A DNA stretch of 64,000 bases. It comes from Syntrophobacteraceae bacterium. GTDB taxonomy: Bacteria; Desulfobacterota; Syntrophobacteria; Syntrophobacterales; Syntrophobacteraceae. Made by a program: the position numbers and the translations under genes. Below the pieces are notes generated by a model, which saw only the letters and a list, made by a program, of their open reading frames with translations, was not told the DNA's origin and did not search any database. Positions 9,903 to 20,127 of the stretch are shown here, one piece after another. Each line of letters begins with the position of its first letter. Position 1 is the stretch's first letter. Where the stretch lies: positions 16,470 to 80,469 of the forward strand of contig PXBG01000120.1 of NCBI GenBank assembly GCA_003566995.1, in the 5' to 3' direction.

Positions 9903-10283
9903 TCAGCAGAGAACTGCCACGATCACTTTGCCGGGGGGCCTGGAAAAGAATTCTTTGCGCATTTTGCCTGTTTTTATGCCCAGGGCGGCACTGATGGGCT
10001 GCACAATGGAACCGATCTTGGCCAGTGACACGCCCGCAAGGGGAACAAAGGCCCTGTCGCACAGCTCAAGAAAAGCATCGGCGGACATCTTTTTACCGGA
10101 CCTTGCAGCGTGTTGAGCAATGAGTTCGCGCACCCTTGAGTTCCCCAGAAGAACCTCGTAACGAATTTCCTCACTCCAGTCCCGAGGAGAATCTCCCTGT
10201 ATTTCCTGGGAGACCATAAGCTTGGCCCCGCACTGAGAACAATAGGCCCCTTGAGCTTTCGCACCGCACTGGTGACAGTACAT
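9903..10283 (-). CDS. Zinc-ribbon domain protein (126 aa from the internal ATG)
   Basis: MYCHQCGAKAQGAYCSQCGAKL carries two CxxC pairs. ATG at 10283 is preceded by AGGAGG at about 7 nt. The track ORF extends in frame to 10709, but that extension is not convincingly protein-like near the junction. Confidence 0.55.
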   Translation of the reverse strand: MYCHQCGAKAQGAYCSQCGAKLMVSQEIQGDSPRDWSEEIRYEVLLGNSRVRELIAQHAARSGKKMSADAFLELCDRAFVPLAGVSLAKIGSIVQPISAALGIKTGKMRKEFFSRPPGKVIVAVLC

Positions 10284-10776
10284 TTCAGGTCCTCCTGTAT
10301 TTGGACAAATGGGGGCGGCCCATGAGCGGCATCCATGCGGGCAAGGGGAGCCACGAAGATGGAGAGGCCGGGACACCCGGGGAAATTTCCCCCTGGGATT
10401 TTTCTGCTGATATTGAAAGCGAAAAATCTGGCGGTGCGTACGTGTGGCAATTTCTTTTCCCGCAGGCGTTTTGATCACCACCCGATCGCCATCCAGATTG
10501 GTGGCCGTGATGTAGAGATCCAGGGAGGCTTGCAGGAAACGCTTCTCCGCGGGTGTGGAGCGGCGTGCCATGAGGATCAAATATTTGACGCCGGAAAAAT
10601 TCGTGAGCCACACCGCTCTCGTAGACGGCCAAGGCCACCCCACCGAAAAAAGCCAGGGCAAGGCGCTTCTCCTTCGGCTGAAAGAGACGACCCCCTTCTT
10701 CAAGAGCAATGAATGTTTGAGTCTTCCAGAGGTTTTTTCTTGTGTTCAGGAGGCAAAAGGAAACCCAGCCCTTGTA

Positions 10777-11475
10777 TCAGGGCGCACCCTGTGCCAGCAG
10801 CACATCCGCGATATCAGACCACGTTCTGAAGGAATGAAAAGCCTCGCTCTTCTCTTCCAACAGTTGGGCCAGCCTTCCCCTGGCGAAACGCCACTGGGGC
10901 GAAATGAGCAGAGCGGCTTCGAGATCGGGCGGGCCATCACCGGCAAAAGCCACCCGATCCGATCGTCCAAGAGCATGGCGCACAACGGCCGGTTTGTCGA
11001 TTCCCTTTGCACGGTGTACGAAAGGGGAATTTTCAGGCAAGGTCATCTTGAGTCCTCCCTCGGGCGAGAATTCTCCAGGACTGGCATGCACTTCGAGATC
11101 CACCCCTGCCCGTCCGAGGAGCCGATTGATGTACCACTCGCATCCGGCCGAGGCCACGATGACCTCCCATCCCCTGTGCCGCAGGCGCTCCACGGACCGG
11201 TGAAGCAGCGGGTCCAGTTCCATGCGGGTGAGCAGCGCCTCCAGCTCAGGCCCCGAGGCACGCATGGAGCCAAAGATCCCCGACAATGTTTCGAAGAGTG
11301 TCAGCTTCCCGGCCATGTAGTCCTGCCAGAAATCCCGTTTAGCGGAAGAGGGGAGCTCGCGAAGAACCAGTTCATAAAAATCGAAGCGGGTCATTGTGCC
11401 ATCAAAGTCGGAGACCAGGATCGATTCATGTTGTCCTTGAGCGGGGTCTCTCGATGAGTTCACTGGAATTCGCAT
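10777..11475 (-). CDS. HAD-IB family phosphatase (MtnX-like)
   Basis: N-terminal DFDGT nucleophile motif (ILVSDFDGTMT) and C-terminal AFAGDGPPD motif. Length is 232 aa. Confidence 0.65.
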   Translation of the reverse strand: MRIPVNSSRDPAQGQHESILVSDFDGTMTRFDFYELVLRELPSSAKRDFWQDYMAGKLTLFETLSGIFGSMRASGPELEALLTRMELDPLLHRSVERLRHRGWEVIVASAGCEWYINRLLGRAGVDLEVHASPGEFSPEGGLKMTLPENSPFVHRAKGIDKPAVVRHALGRSDRVAFAGDGPPDLEAALLISPQWRFARGRLAQLLEEKSEAFHSFRTWSDIADVLLAQGAP

Positions 11476-11587
11476 ATTATACCCACCATTCTAAAAAAAT
11501 GTTTTCAGTTGAAATGCACTGAGCCAGGCTTTGTCAAAAATGCTGTTTGTGTGTTTGCTCCATATGAATCGTCAACCTTGTGCTGGA

Positions 11588-11830
11588 TCAGGTGACCATG
11601 AACCCGATTGACTTGTCTGTCCGATTGTTGTGAAACCGATGGATCAGCGGTGCCGGCATGGGCATATGGGCGAATGCGCTTCCCAATCCCACCAGACTGC
11701 AAAGGAGAGCGATGGCCGGCAAACCTTGACCGGCGCTTATGAAAAGCATGCTGACGCCGACGAGCAGAAGTGCTCCGTCAATGGTGGCTCGGAGAGGAGA
11801 GCCATGTGTCAGGAAGGGAGAAAAAAACAT
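11588..11830 (-). CDS. Possible small membrane protein (80 aa)
   Basis: Track ORF with two hydrophobic stretches (GALLLVGVSMLFISAG, LPAIALLCSLVGLGSAFA). No clear SD, so this may be spurious. Confidence 0.25.
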   Translation of the reverse strand: MFFSPFLTHGSPLRATIDGALLLVGVSMLFISAGQGLPAIALLCSLVGLGSAFAHMPMPAPLIHRFHNNRTDKSIGFMVT

Positions 11831-11870
11831 GGCGACCAGGCAACTTGTGAGTCTGCTGTGAATCTTTGCG

Positions 11871-12659
11871 CTACCGTTGACACTCTGGGCAATGGTAAGA
11901 AGTGCGACCCGATATTTTCTCCACGATCAGATCTTCACCACAGGCAGGACAAGCACCGCCCTTTTTACGATGGGCGATCAGATAGTTGCGGGGCATCTGA
12001 TTCGGGTCAGCCTGATTTTCTATGGATTTCTTCAGGACCTTTTTCATCGCATGGTAAAGTTCTTTTATGGACTGCTCGCTGAGTTGTCCCGCTTTTGTTC
12101 TTGGGTTCAGCCTGGCCTGAAAGAGTATTTCATCTGAATATATATTGCCGATTCCAGCGATGCACTTCTGATTCATCAGTGCAGACTTCAGAGTGCTTTT
12201 GGTCCCTGTGAGTGCATGTTTGAATTCCTCCAGAGTGAAGTTTCTGTCAAGAGGATCAGCTCCGAGGCCTCGATCTTTCACAAAAAGGGATGGATCCTCG
12301 ATGAGTGCCAGTTTTCCAAGTTTTCTCGGCATGACGAAAGCAAGATGATAGCTATTGTCGAAGGTGAAAAGAACGCGGCTGTATTTGGGTTTGCTGTGGC
12401 TGTCCTTGAAGTATTCCAATAAACCAGTCATCCCAAAATGAAAAACCACACAACCGTCTTCACTGAGTCTCACAAAAAGATATTTTCCATGTCTGTCGGT
12501 GGATTCGAATTTTCTCATTTCCACATGCTTCCGAAACTCGCGGCGGGAAATGTTTTCCAAAATATCCGCTGAAAATATCTCCACTTTTTCAATGGTCTGA
12601 TGCAGGGAGGTACTGTTCACGTAATGACGATACACTTCCACATCAGGCAGTTCAGGCAT
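11871..12659 (-). CDS. mutM: Formamidopyrimidine-DNA glycosylase
   Basis: Canonical N-terminus MPELPDVEV at the internal ATG 12659. C-terminal zinc finger CPACG...YHCPECQ. Confidence 0.9.
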   Translation of the reverse strand: MPELPDVEVYRHYVNSTSLHQTIEKVEIFSADILENISRREFRKHVEMRKFESTDRHGKYLFVRLSEDGCVVFHFGMTGLLEYFKDSHSKPKYSRVLFTFDNSYHLAFVMPRKLGKLALIEDPSLFVKDRGLGADPLDRNFTLEEFKHALTGTKSTLKSALMNQKCIAGIGNIYSDEILFQARLNPRTKAGQLSEQSIKELYHAMKKVLKKSIENQADPNQMPRNYLIAHRKKGGACPACGEDLIVEKISGRTSYHCPECQR

Positions 12660-13437
12660 TGTCCACCCCTTCCCCACATTCCCTCGGCCACATTTCACTC
12701 ACCAGTTCTTTCACCTTTAAAGCATTCTGAGCGGCATATCCAGCTTCATCATTATCAAAGTAGCAAAAGACCTCTTTTCCTTCTTCTGCCCACGACACGC
12801 AAGCCTTCGCCCATTCCGAGAGAGCCTTCTCATCGTACGAACCCCGGTACGCATGGTCCGGACCATGAAGACGAACATAGACAAAAGAGGCGGTCAGGGA
12901 ATGTGGAGACTGCACTCCTTCATAACTGTAGATACAGAATGCAGCACCTTTTCTTCTCAAGGCCTCTTCGGTCTTTTCATCGAACCAGCTCGGGTCCCTG
13001 AATTCGAATGCATATCGGTATTCGTTGGGAAGGGCAGCCAGAAAACTGTTCAGACGTTTGAGGTCCATATTCCATTTGGGAGGCAGCTGAAAAAGGACAG
13101 GGCCGAGCCTGTCTTCAAGGGTGCTCATTGTGTTCAGAAAAGTGGCCACGGGTTCGTCCGGATCTTTCAGCTTTTTCATATGAGTGATATACCGGCTCGC
13201 CTTGACTGAAAACACAAACCCGTCGGGCACGTTCTCCTTCCATTCCTTTAAGACCTCCTTCTCAGGAAGACGATAAAAACTATTATTGACTTCCACCGTC
13301 CGGAAATGCGTCGTGTAATGATCGAGAAGTTGTTTGTCAGGCAGATTTTCCGGATAGAACGGGCCTTTCCAGTGCTCATAGTGCCATCCCGAAGTCCCTA
13401 CATGAATTGTGTTTCGTTTCATCATGGCTGACCACAT
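12652..13437 (-). CDS. DUF72 (YecE-like) family protein
   Basis: VGTSGWHYEHWKGPFYPENLP...VEVNNSFYRLP...SVKASRYITH is the typical DUF72 pattern. The stop overlaps the mutM start by 8 nt. Confidence 0.8.
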   Translation of the reverse strand: MWSAMMKRNTIHVGTSGWHYEHWKGPFYPENLPDKQLLDHYTTHFRTVEVNNSFYRLPEKEVLKEWKENVPDGFVFSVKASRYITHMKKLKDPDEPVATFLNTMSTLEDRLGPVLFQLPPKWNMDLKRLNSFLAALPNEYRYAFEFRDPSWFDEKTEEALRRKGAAFCIYSYEGVQSPHSLTASFVYVRLHGPDHAYRGSYDEKALSEWAKACVSWAEEGKEVFCYFDNDEAGYAAQNALKVKELVSEMWPRECGEGVDNA

Positions 13438-13794
13438 CCGTGCACCAGTTTACTGTCCAGGCAAACCATGCAGCATACCAAATGTCCACCCATTCGCACC
13501 AGCTGCACGATACAGATCTTTGCAGAATGCCCTCTTCCAGCTTTTCCTTTATTCTATTCATGCTTCATTGGTTCACCGGGCCTCATCATGGAGGTCCGCC
13601 GCCATATGGACGCAGGATGGATCTGACCCGCTCTCAAAGACCACGTTCGTTGCAGCCCTTGTTATTTTTCGGGGCAGATCCATGATGCCTTGGGTTTGCC
13701 TTCACTCTGTTCATGACCCACTGGGGTTCACAATGCAACCTCCATGGGAAACTCCGTCATTCGCCGGTGCATGGGACACGCTGCACCTTCAAAA

Positions 13795-15249
13795 TCAGCT
13801 CCCTTTCACCCCTTTGACGATACGGTCCCCAATTTCCTTGTCGATGTTGCGCCAGTAATCGAACGCACGCTCAAGAACGGGTTCTGAAACGCTTTTCTTG
13901 AGGTGTCCCACCACGTTTGACACCAAGCGGTCACGCTGCGCATCGTTCATGACCTTGCGCACCAGGGTGCCTGGCTGGCCGAAGTCATCGTCGTCCTTGC
14001 GGAGGGTGTAGGCGGACCGTATGAACTCGCCGCTGGCGCTCCATACGGCTTCCTCGGGATAGCGCTCGCTGTCTGCCTTGGGGCCGCCCTTGGAGTTGGG
14101 CGCGTACACAGGATCGGAGACATTTTCAATTCGCATGGTCCCGCCCTTGCTGTAGCTGTACACCGGGCATTTTGGCCGATTCACGGGAATCTGCTTGTAG
14201 TTGACCCCCAGGCGTGCACGGTGGGCGTCGGCGTAGGAAAGAAGCCGGGCCAGCAGCATCTTGTCCGGGCTCGGACCGATTCCGGGGACAAAGCTGTTCG
14301 GTTCAAACGCCGCCTGCTCGATTTCCGTGTGAAAGTCGGACGGATTCCGGTTCAAAGTCAGGCGTCCCACTTCGTGCAATGGGTAATCACCGTGAGGCCA
14401 GACCTTGGTCAGGTCAAAGGGATTGAACCGGTAGGTCTTTGCTTCCTCGAAGGGCATGATTTGAACCTTCAGGGTCCAGCTCGGATACTCTCCCCGCTGA
14501 ATGGCCTCGGACAGGTCGCGCCGGTGGTAGTCGGCGTCCTGGCCGGCGATGCGATCGGCCTCCTCATCGGTGAGAAAATCGATTCCCTGGTCGGTTTTGA
14601 AGTGGTATTTCACCCAGAAACGCTCGCCCTTGGCATTGACCCACATGTAGGTGTGGCTTGTGTACCCGTTCATGTTCCGGTAGCTCTTGGGAACCCCCCG
14701 ATCACTCATCAGAATGGTGACCTGATGAGCCGATTCAGGCGAGAGGGTCCAGAAGTCCCACTGCATGTCGTGGTCCCGCAGGCCGCTGTCCGCCCGGCGT
14801 TTCTGGGAATGGATGAAGTGCTGGAATTTCATGGGGTCGCGCACAAAAAACACGGGTGTGTTGTTGCCCACCATGTCGTAGTTGCCCTCGGAGGTGTAGA
14901 ACTTCAGGGCAAAGCCGCGCACGTCCCTCCAGGTGTCAGGGCTGCCGGCCTCTCCCGCCACTGTGGAAAACCGTGCAAGAACTTCGGTCTTTGCGCCCGG
15001 CTGGAACAGTCCTGCCTTGGTGTAGGCACTCACGTCGGATGTGACCTCAAAATGCCCAAAAGCACCGGAACCCTTGGCATGGGGCTGGCGGTCCGGAATC
15101 ATTTCCCGGTTGAAGTTCGCCATCTGCTCCATGAGGTAATGATCCTGCATCAGAACTGGACCATCGGGACCCACCGTGAGCGAAAATTCATCGCTGGGGA
15201 CAGGAGCACCGGCATCGTTAGTTGTGGGTTTGCGGTCGTCATTTGTCAT
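13795..15249 (-). CDS. katA: Monofunctional heme catalase (484 aa from the internal ATG)
   Basis: Catalase-typical sequence ([57 protein letters not shown]). ATG at 15249 is preceded by AAGGAGG. Confidence 0.9.
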   Translation of the reverse strand: MTNDDRKPTTNDAGAPVPSDEFSLTVGPDGPVLMQDHYLMEQMANFNREMIPDRQPHAKGSGAFGHFEVTSDVSAYTKAGLFQPGAKTEVLARFSTVAGEAGSPDTWRDVRGFALKFYTSEGNYDMVGNNTPVFFVRDPMKFQHFIHSQKRRADSGLRDHDMQWDFWTLSPESAHQVTILMSDRGVPKSYRNMNGYTSHTYMWVNAKGERFWVKYHFKTDQGIDFLTDEEADRIAGQDADYHRRDLSEAIQRGEYPSWTLKVQIMPFEEAKTYRFNPFDLTKVWPHGDYPLHEVGRLTLNRNPSDFHTEIEQAAFEPNSFVPGIGPSPDKMLLARLLSYADAHRARLGVNYKQIPVNRPKCPVYSYSKGGTMRIENVSDPVYAPNSKGGPKADSERYPEEAVWSASGEFIRSAYTLRKDDDDFGQPGTLVRKVMNDAQRDRLVSNVVGHLKKSVSEPVLERAFDYWRNIDKEIGDRIVKGVKGS

Positions 15250-15733
15250 GGCAGAGACCTCCTTATGTTTTACTGGTTGCAAAAAATTTGGAGGAAAACC
15301 CTCCTTTTCACGATCCGGCAGATGAGGCCATCGAAAACAGAAATAGACCTCTCTGCTCTTCTCCTCACACCCCCTCGGGCATATGAAACACTCGACATGC
15401 TGGTTCTGCGGAGATTGTCCCGATGATGCACCGTCTGGCCGTTGCAAAGACTATGAATTCGAACGTTACTGTTGTTTATATTCTTCTATTTGATCACAAA
15501 TCGCCCTTTCGGGCAACCTTCCCGGCCCCCTGATGCATCAGCACAATTCCTATTTTTCGGGCCACTTCAGCTGTTGGTGGTCGAAAAATCCCCGTGCATG
15601 AAGCCATTGAGCCTAATGGAATGGACCGCGAAGACGGGAATCCTGTCCTTTCAGGATTCTCTGGGCACCCGTCTTCACGAAGTGACAGGGCAGGAAAACA
15701 CGCAACCCCTTGAATCAACACTGTTGGGATCCG

Positions 15734-16378
15734 TCAAAGCAACCTTGAAATATCCGTTTCACCAAAGCCATCCACCACCAGGTCAGCCTCGAAAAGCTTG
15801 CTGCGGTCGTAAGTGGTGCTGATACCGATGGAGCGCATCCCTGCCCTTCGGGCCGCCTCGATGCCAAGGGGGGCATCCTCGATCACCACGCAGGACCCGG
15901 GACGGGAACACAGCTGCCGGGCGGCGAAAAGGAACAGGTGGGGGTCTGGCTTGGAGCGAAAGCCGACCTGGTCCAGGGTGAAAATGCGCCCGTCATACAA
16001 CCGGGAGAGGCCCAACCGGCGATCCACCACGGAGAGCAAATCCCGGTCCATTGCGGTGGCCACACAAGTTTTATACTGATCGCGCACCCTTTCAAAAAAT
16101 ACCCTGAAGCCTTTGATGAAGCGCACCTCCGTGGCCATGAGGTTTCGCACGATGCTGGCCCGCTCCGCGGCAAGCACCTGGGGATCGCCGGCAAACCCGT
16201 AAGCCCGCTGCATCACCTCCACCCCCTCGGCCAGAGTGCGGCCCGTGAGCAGGGGCTTGATGCGCTCGCGGTCATAAATGAAGCCCCGGCGCCCCAGGAA
16301 CTCCTCCTGTCCCCTGTCCCAGATGTCTTCGGTGTCGATCACGACCCCTTCAGCGTCGAAAATGATGGTGTCGATCAT
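15734..16378 (-). CDS. HAD-IA family hydrolase (phosphatase/beta-phosphoglucomutase-like)
   Basis: MIDTIIFDAEGVVIDTE (DxDG/E-type motif I) and VVIEDAPLGIEAARRAGM (motif III). Confidence 0.75.
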   Translation of the reverse strand: MIDTIIFDAEGVVIDTEDIWDRGQEEFLGRRGFIYDRERIKPLLTGRTLAEGVEVMQRAYGFAGDPQVLAAERASIVRNLMATEVRFIKGFRVFFERVRDQYKTCVATAMDRDLLSVVDRRLGLSRLYDGRIFTLDQVGFRSKPDPHLFLFAARQLCSRPGSCVVIEDAPLGIEAARRAGMRSIGISTTYDRSKLFEADLVVDGFGETDISRLL

Positions 16379-16617
16379 GTGTTTTTCCCCTCATTCAACT
16401 TCACCGCACCGAAGAAGTGTTTCCCCGGTGCTTCCGCAGGGTGCATGGTGACTCCCCATTCCCCTTGGCTTTGACTTGGCGATCAGGTTTTTCAGAATCC
16501 CTTTCCGGATCTCCAGCAGTCCCTGGAAAAAACTCATAGGACTTTCCGAAGTGAAATGATCCAGTAGGACGTGGATTGTGGTGGCCTGGGCTCCCCAAAG
16601 TTCTTGCGGCTTTCACC

Positions 16618-16635
16618 ACAGATTTGATAATCTGT
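16618..16635. promoter_or_regulatory. Perfect palindrome ACAGATT-TGAT-AATCTGT in a 500-bp divergent intergenic region
   Basis: Read directly from the sequence. It lies about 240 nt from both divergent start codons (16378 and 16879). Confidence 0.3.
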
Positions 16636-16878
16636 AGCCAACAAATGACATGATCCTATCTCTTCCACAGCTTCTCTGACCAAATTTCACAACGCCGACT
16701 CCGAAATTTTGCACACATGTAAATATAAGGGCTTTAAGGCAAGGGCCACGGCAGCATCTTTATGGCAGAATCTTTTTTGGCAAGGCGGAAACCTGCTGTT
16801 ATCAGGCAGTGCACTCAAATCAACAAAGCAGCCTGTGGTGAAGCAGTGGCAAACCTTCTGGAGTAAAGGATCGGGGCG

Positions 16879-18396
16879 ATGCGGAGACTTTGTCGAACAT
16901 TGATGGTCATCTTGTTTTCCAGCGTGCTGTTGACAGGTTGCTACTCCTTCATCGGAAGTGACGGGGGACCCCCTTTCTACAGCGGTGACGAAACCCATTA
17001 TTTCGAAAAACTGGTCCACAACAGCCTGCATCAGAACAACAGGGACTTCACGTATCAACTGGCTGAGGATGGCCACCTGCGTGTGGTTGACGCCGACCCT
17101 CAAGTGAAACACGATGTTTTGCAACTGCCCCTTCTTCTGCGATTCGTGTGGTTCTCCGATGTGCAGCTCAGGCAGCGGGAAATCAAGCTGTTTTCCAGGA
17201 GGGCCAGCCAGGCCCTGGCTGATGTGATTCCGTCCTTTGAACGTCATTTTGTTCAGGAGGATTTTGACTGGGCTGTCTACCTCGCCCATATCAAGGCCGT
17301 TAACATTTTGAACGAGGACCATCCCCTGGATTTCATGATCCACACGGGAGATGCCATCGATGCGGGCACCATCGAAGAACTTTACCAGTTCATCCACATC
17401 AGCGACCAGCTTCGAATCCCGTGGCTGAATGTGGTGGGCAATCATGATGTGTCTATTTTTGGAAATTACAAGGAGCGGCTCGGCTATACCCGCCAGGCGG
17501 GGGTCACCTTCTTTCCCGTGGGCAACCTGGCCAATTTCGTGTGGATGCACCGCGGTGAACGGGCCATTTCGGGATTTGGGCACCACCTGCTTCCCGTCCC
17601 ATCGGAAGGAGGTCATTCCCCATCGGAGAGCTATTACCCCGATAAAAAACTGCCCGCAACCTTTCATCATGGCTTTGACTATGAACCGGGCCAAAGGTGC
17701 GGAGCCAAAGAAAGACGGGAGGTGCAGTACGACTCGGTGCCTGGATACTACGCCGTGGATTTGTGCGGCACAGCCGTGCCCATGCGGCTCCTCGCTCTGA
17801 ACTCCGCCAGGTTGGAGGATTGGGGAGCGGATGGGGAAATCACCCCCGAACAGCGGGAATGGATCAAAAGAACCCTGCAACCGGCCGCGGGAGGAGTCAA
17901 TCTCGTTTTTGTTCATCACCGGCCGGGGGATTTCGACCCTGAAACCCAAGGGCTCCTTGCAGGACCGGGACATGACCCCATCGTGATGTTCACGGGCCAC
18001 ACTCACAAGCACCACCTGGCATTCCACAGGGGAGAGGGTTCTTCCGGCTATTATGAATTGAACACCGGTTCGGTTCTCGATTTTCCCCAGATCGGGCGCC
18101 TCATTGAGCTTCGCGGTGATCCCTCAGGGCAGATCTGGCTGGTGTCGCGGGCCCTCTGGAACACTGCCATGGCCTCATTTCCAGCCTTGCCGCAAGAAAC
18201 TGGCCTGGACAAGACTCTGGCTGATTGCCGGAATCAACGCAAGGCCAAGCGCGAGGACCTGGTGGAAGCGGCACAGTGCGGCCACTACGGCGCTTACGCA
18301 GACTACCGGCAGGGACAGCGGAGGGCCTGGGGACGGCCTCAACCTTTTGCCGAGGCCTGGAAAGAAGTCAACGTCATCTTGCCGGTGGTTCCATGA
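16879..18396 (+). CDS. Lipoprotein metallophosphoesterase (calcineurin-like)
   Basis: Signal peptide with lipobox (LFSSVLLTGC). Metallophosphoesterase motifs IHTGDAIDAG, VVGNHD and FTGHTHKHH. Confidence 0.8.
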   Translation: MRRLCRTLMVILFSSVLLTGCYSFIGSDGGPPFYSGDETHYFEKLVHNSLHQNNRDFTYQLAEDGHLRVVDADPQVKHDVLQLPLLLRFVWFSDVQLRQREIKLFSRRASQALADVIPSFERHFVQEDFDWAVYLAHIKAVNILNEDHPLDFMIHTGDAIDAGTIEELYQFIHISDQLRIPWLNVVGNHDVSIFGNYKERLGYTRQAGVTFFPVGNLANFVWMHRGERAISGFGHHLLPVPSEGGHSPSESYYPDKKLPATFHHGFDYEPGQRCGAKERREVQYDSVPGYYAVDLCGTAVPMRLLALNSARLEDWGADGEITPEQREWIKRTLQPAAGGVNLVFVHHRPGDFDPETQGLLAGPGHDPIVMFTGHTHKHHLAFHRGEGSSGYYELNTGSVLDFPQIGRLIELRGDPSGQIWLVSRALWNTAMASFPALPQETGLDKTLADCRNQRKAKREDLVEAAQCGHYGAYADYRQGQRRAWGRPQPFAEAWKEVNVILPVVP

Positions 18397-18504
18397 CAAG
18401 GCGCCGGGATGCCCCGGCCATTGATTTGGCAGCGGTTTACTCTTGTGAGAAGGGGTGGAGCATTCCTCAATGACGCTTCGCTCCTCGTGGGAACGGAGGA
18501 AGAT

Positions 18505-18840
18505 ATGCCGGGAATCATCACCAGGGAAGAGTTCGTCAAGCTGGCAAGAACCTACGTTGCCCGCATGTTGGACGGCATCTGCGAAAAGGAAGTGCTGCTG
18601 GCCACCGATTGGCAACCCCATACCCTGAGAATCATTGCAAAGCTATCCCGGAAGGATTTTCAAAGGATCAGGTTTTCCGATCTTTATCCAGCGCTGAGAA
18701 TCATCATCGGCCACTTGGGCACGGTGCATATTGATCCGGAGAAAAATGCGCCCCACAATGCCGAATTCAAGCTCTACGACCCCTACTTCGCCACCCTCGA
18801 TTTTCAGGCCATTCCTGAAGGAGCATCAACGGCACCCTGA
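18505..18840 (+). CDS. Hypothetical protein (111 aa)
   Basis: ATG at 18505 is preceded by GGAGGA at 5 nt (MPGIITREEFVKLARTYV...). No family recognised. Confidence 0.5.
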   Translation: MPGIITREEFVKLARTYVARMLDGICEKEVLLATDWQPHTLRIIAKLSRKDFQRIRFSDLYPALRIIIGHLGTVHIDPEKNAPHNAEFKLYDPYFATLDFQAIPEGASTAP

Positions 18841-18942
18841 ATCCCCGCTGCCATGGGCTGGAACGTCCCCTGGCGCCTCAACGCCACACTTTATGATTTT
18901 ACCTGATGATTTTACCTGGCGATCTTCAGGTCACCCAGTGAC

Positions 18943-20118
18943 TCACCGCACCATGCGCAGAGGAAGGCTTTCCGCCAGGAGAAATCCCCGGCGGGTGGGA
19001 ATCAGCCGGCCGTCTCTTCGAAGGGCGAGACCGGATTCTTCCAGCTCTGCGGCGCAGGACTCCATGTGAGGGGCACCCTCCAGCAAGCGGAGGTTTATGC
19101 CTCTTTTGGTCCGAAAACCAAAATAAAGGGTCTCCAGGAGCAGCTGATCCTCCGTGAGGCATTCTTCCCCTTCCAGGGGGAGCTTCCCCTGGCTCATAAG
19201 GGCACGGTAGTGCTGGAGGGAGCGAACGTTCCACCACCTTTTTCCCTGGAAGAAAGAGTGGGCTCCCGGACCGATTCCGAGATAGTCCACGTGTTTCCAG
19301 TACTTGGAGTTGTGGCGGGAAATGAGGGCTTCCGACCGGGCGAAGTTGGATATTTCGTAGTGGATGTAGCCCCGCTTTTCCAAAAACCGGGATGTGGTGA
19401 GAAAAAAACGCCTTCCGGTTTCTTCGTCCGGAAGCTTCAGTCTGTTCTGTGCCTTTAACCGGCCCATGGCTGTGCCCTCCTCCACCGTGAGCTCATAGCA
19501 GGAGAGGTGTTCCGGCTGAAAATCCAGGGCCCTCTTGAGGGAAAAAAGCCATTGGGACATGGACTGCCCGGGAAGCCCGTACATGAGGTCCACGCTCACA
19601 TTGTCAAATCCCGCTCCGCGGATTTTTTCCAGGGCGCGTTCCGCTCCTGCGGCCGTGTGACGGCGCCCGAGAAACCTGAGTTCCCCTTCCCGGAAGGATT
19701 GCACGCCCAGGCTGATGCGGTTGATTCCCAGTTCCCGGCACACGGCGAGCTTTTCCTGGGTGATGTCGTCGGGATTGGCCTCCAGGGAAATTTCCGGGGA
19801 AGGAACAAATGTGAAGCTGGCATGAAGGAGCGAAAAGATTTCGGAGAGCTGTGCCCGGTTGAGCAGGGAGGGGGTGCCCCCCCCCAGGTAAAGGGTGTCG
19901 AACGTTTGGAAGAATCCTCGGTAGCATTCCGCCTCCCTTTTGAGGCAATGGACCCACTCCCGGGCCTCTTTCATGGAAGTGACGGAGTAGAAGTCGCAAT
20001 AGGGGCATTTGGACCTGCAAAAAGGCACATGGAGGTACAAGCCCGAAGACTCCGGGAGGTATCCGGTCAGGCAGGGAGATTTGCTTCCCATGAATTGTGC
20101 TCCATGTTCCCCCGGCAC
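18943..20118 (-). CDS. hemW: Radical SAM heme chaperone / oxygen-independent coproporphyrinogen-III oxidase-like protein
   Basis: LYLHVPFCRSKCPYCDFYS (CxxxCxxC radical SAM motif). The usual position directly downstream of lepA. The start may be the internal ATG at 20091. Confidence 0.85.
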   Translation of the reverse strand: MPGEHGAQFMGSKSPCLTGYLPESSGLYLHVPFCRSKCPYCDFYSVTSMKEAREWVHCLKREAECYRGFFQTFDTLYLGGGTPSLLNRAQLSEIFSLLHASFTFVPSPEISLEANPDDITQEKLAVCRELGINRISLGVQSFREGELRFLGRRHTAAGAERALEKIRGAGFDNVSVDLMYGLPGQSMSQWLFSLKRALDFQPEHLSCYELTVEEGTAMGRLKAQNRLKLPDEETGRRFFLTTSRFLEKRGYIHYEISNFARSEALISRHNSKYWKHVDYLGIGPGAHSFFQGKRWWNVRSLQHYRALMSQGKLPLEGEECLTEDQLLLETLYFGFRTKRGINLRLLEGAPHMESCAAELEESGLALRRDGRLIPTRRGFLLAESLPLRMVR

Positions 20119-20127
20119 CGGACCGTG

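Noticed and set aside
10285-10712. Alternative ORFs 10285-10638 (minus) and 10335-10712 (plus).
   Set aside because: Both are P/S/G/H/R-rich and not protein-like, and neither has an SD. They overlap the open upstream extension of the zinc-ribbon frame.
14221-15426. 401-aa plus-strand ORF, plus similar long antisense ORFs at 19507-20937, 24293-25303, 25375-26643, 30086-31276, 35559-36668, 37734-38612, 38799-39530, 53118-54038, 55921-56874, 59346-60221, 60076-60933, 60951-61715 and 63128-63877.
   Set aside because: Each lies opposite a gene with clear family signatures (catalase, hemW/lepA, kinase, gltX, acd/etfB, glyA, ribD/E, ribBA, PLD, kinase, proVWX, ppc). This is a stop-codon-poor antisense frame artefact.
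16687-18027. 446-aa minus-strand ORF.
   Set aside because: It is antisense to the metallophosphoesterase gene, which has a lipobox and all catalytic motifs. The antisense product has no motifs and odd composition. Such mirror ORFs are expected in GC-rich coding DNA.
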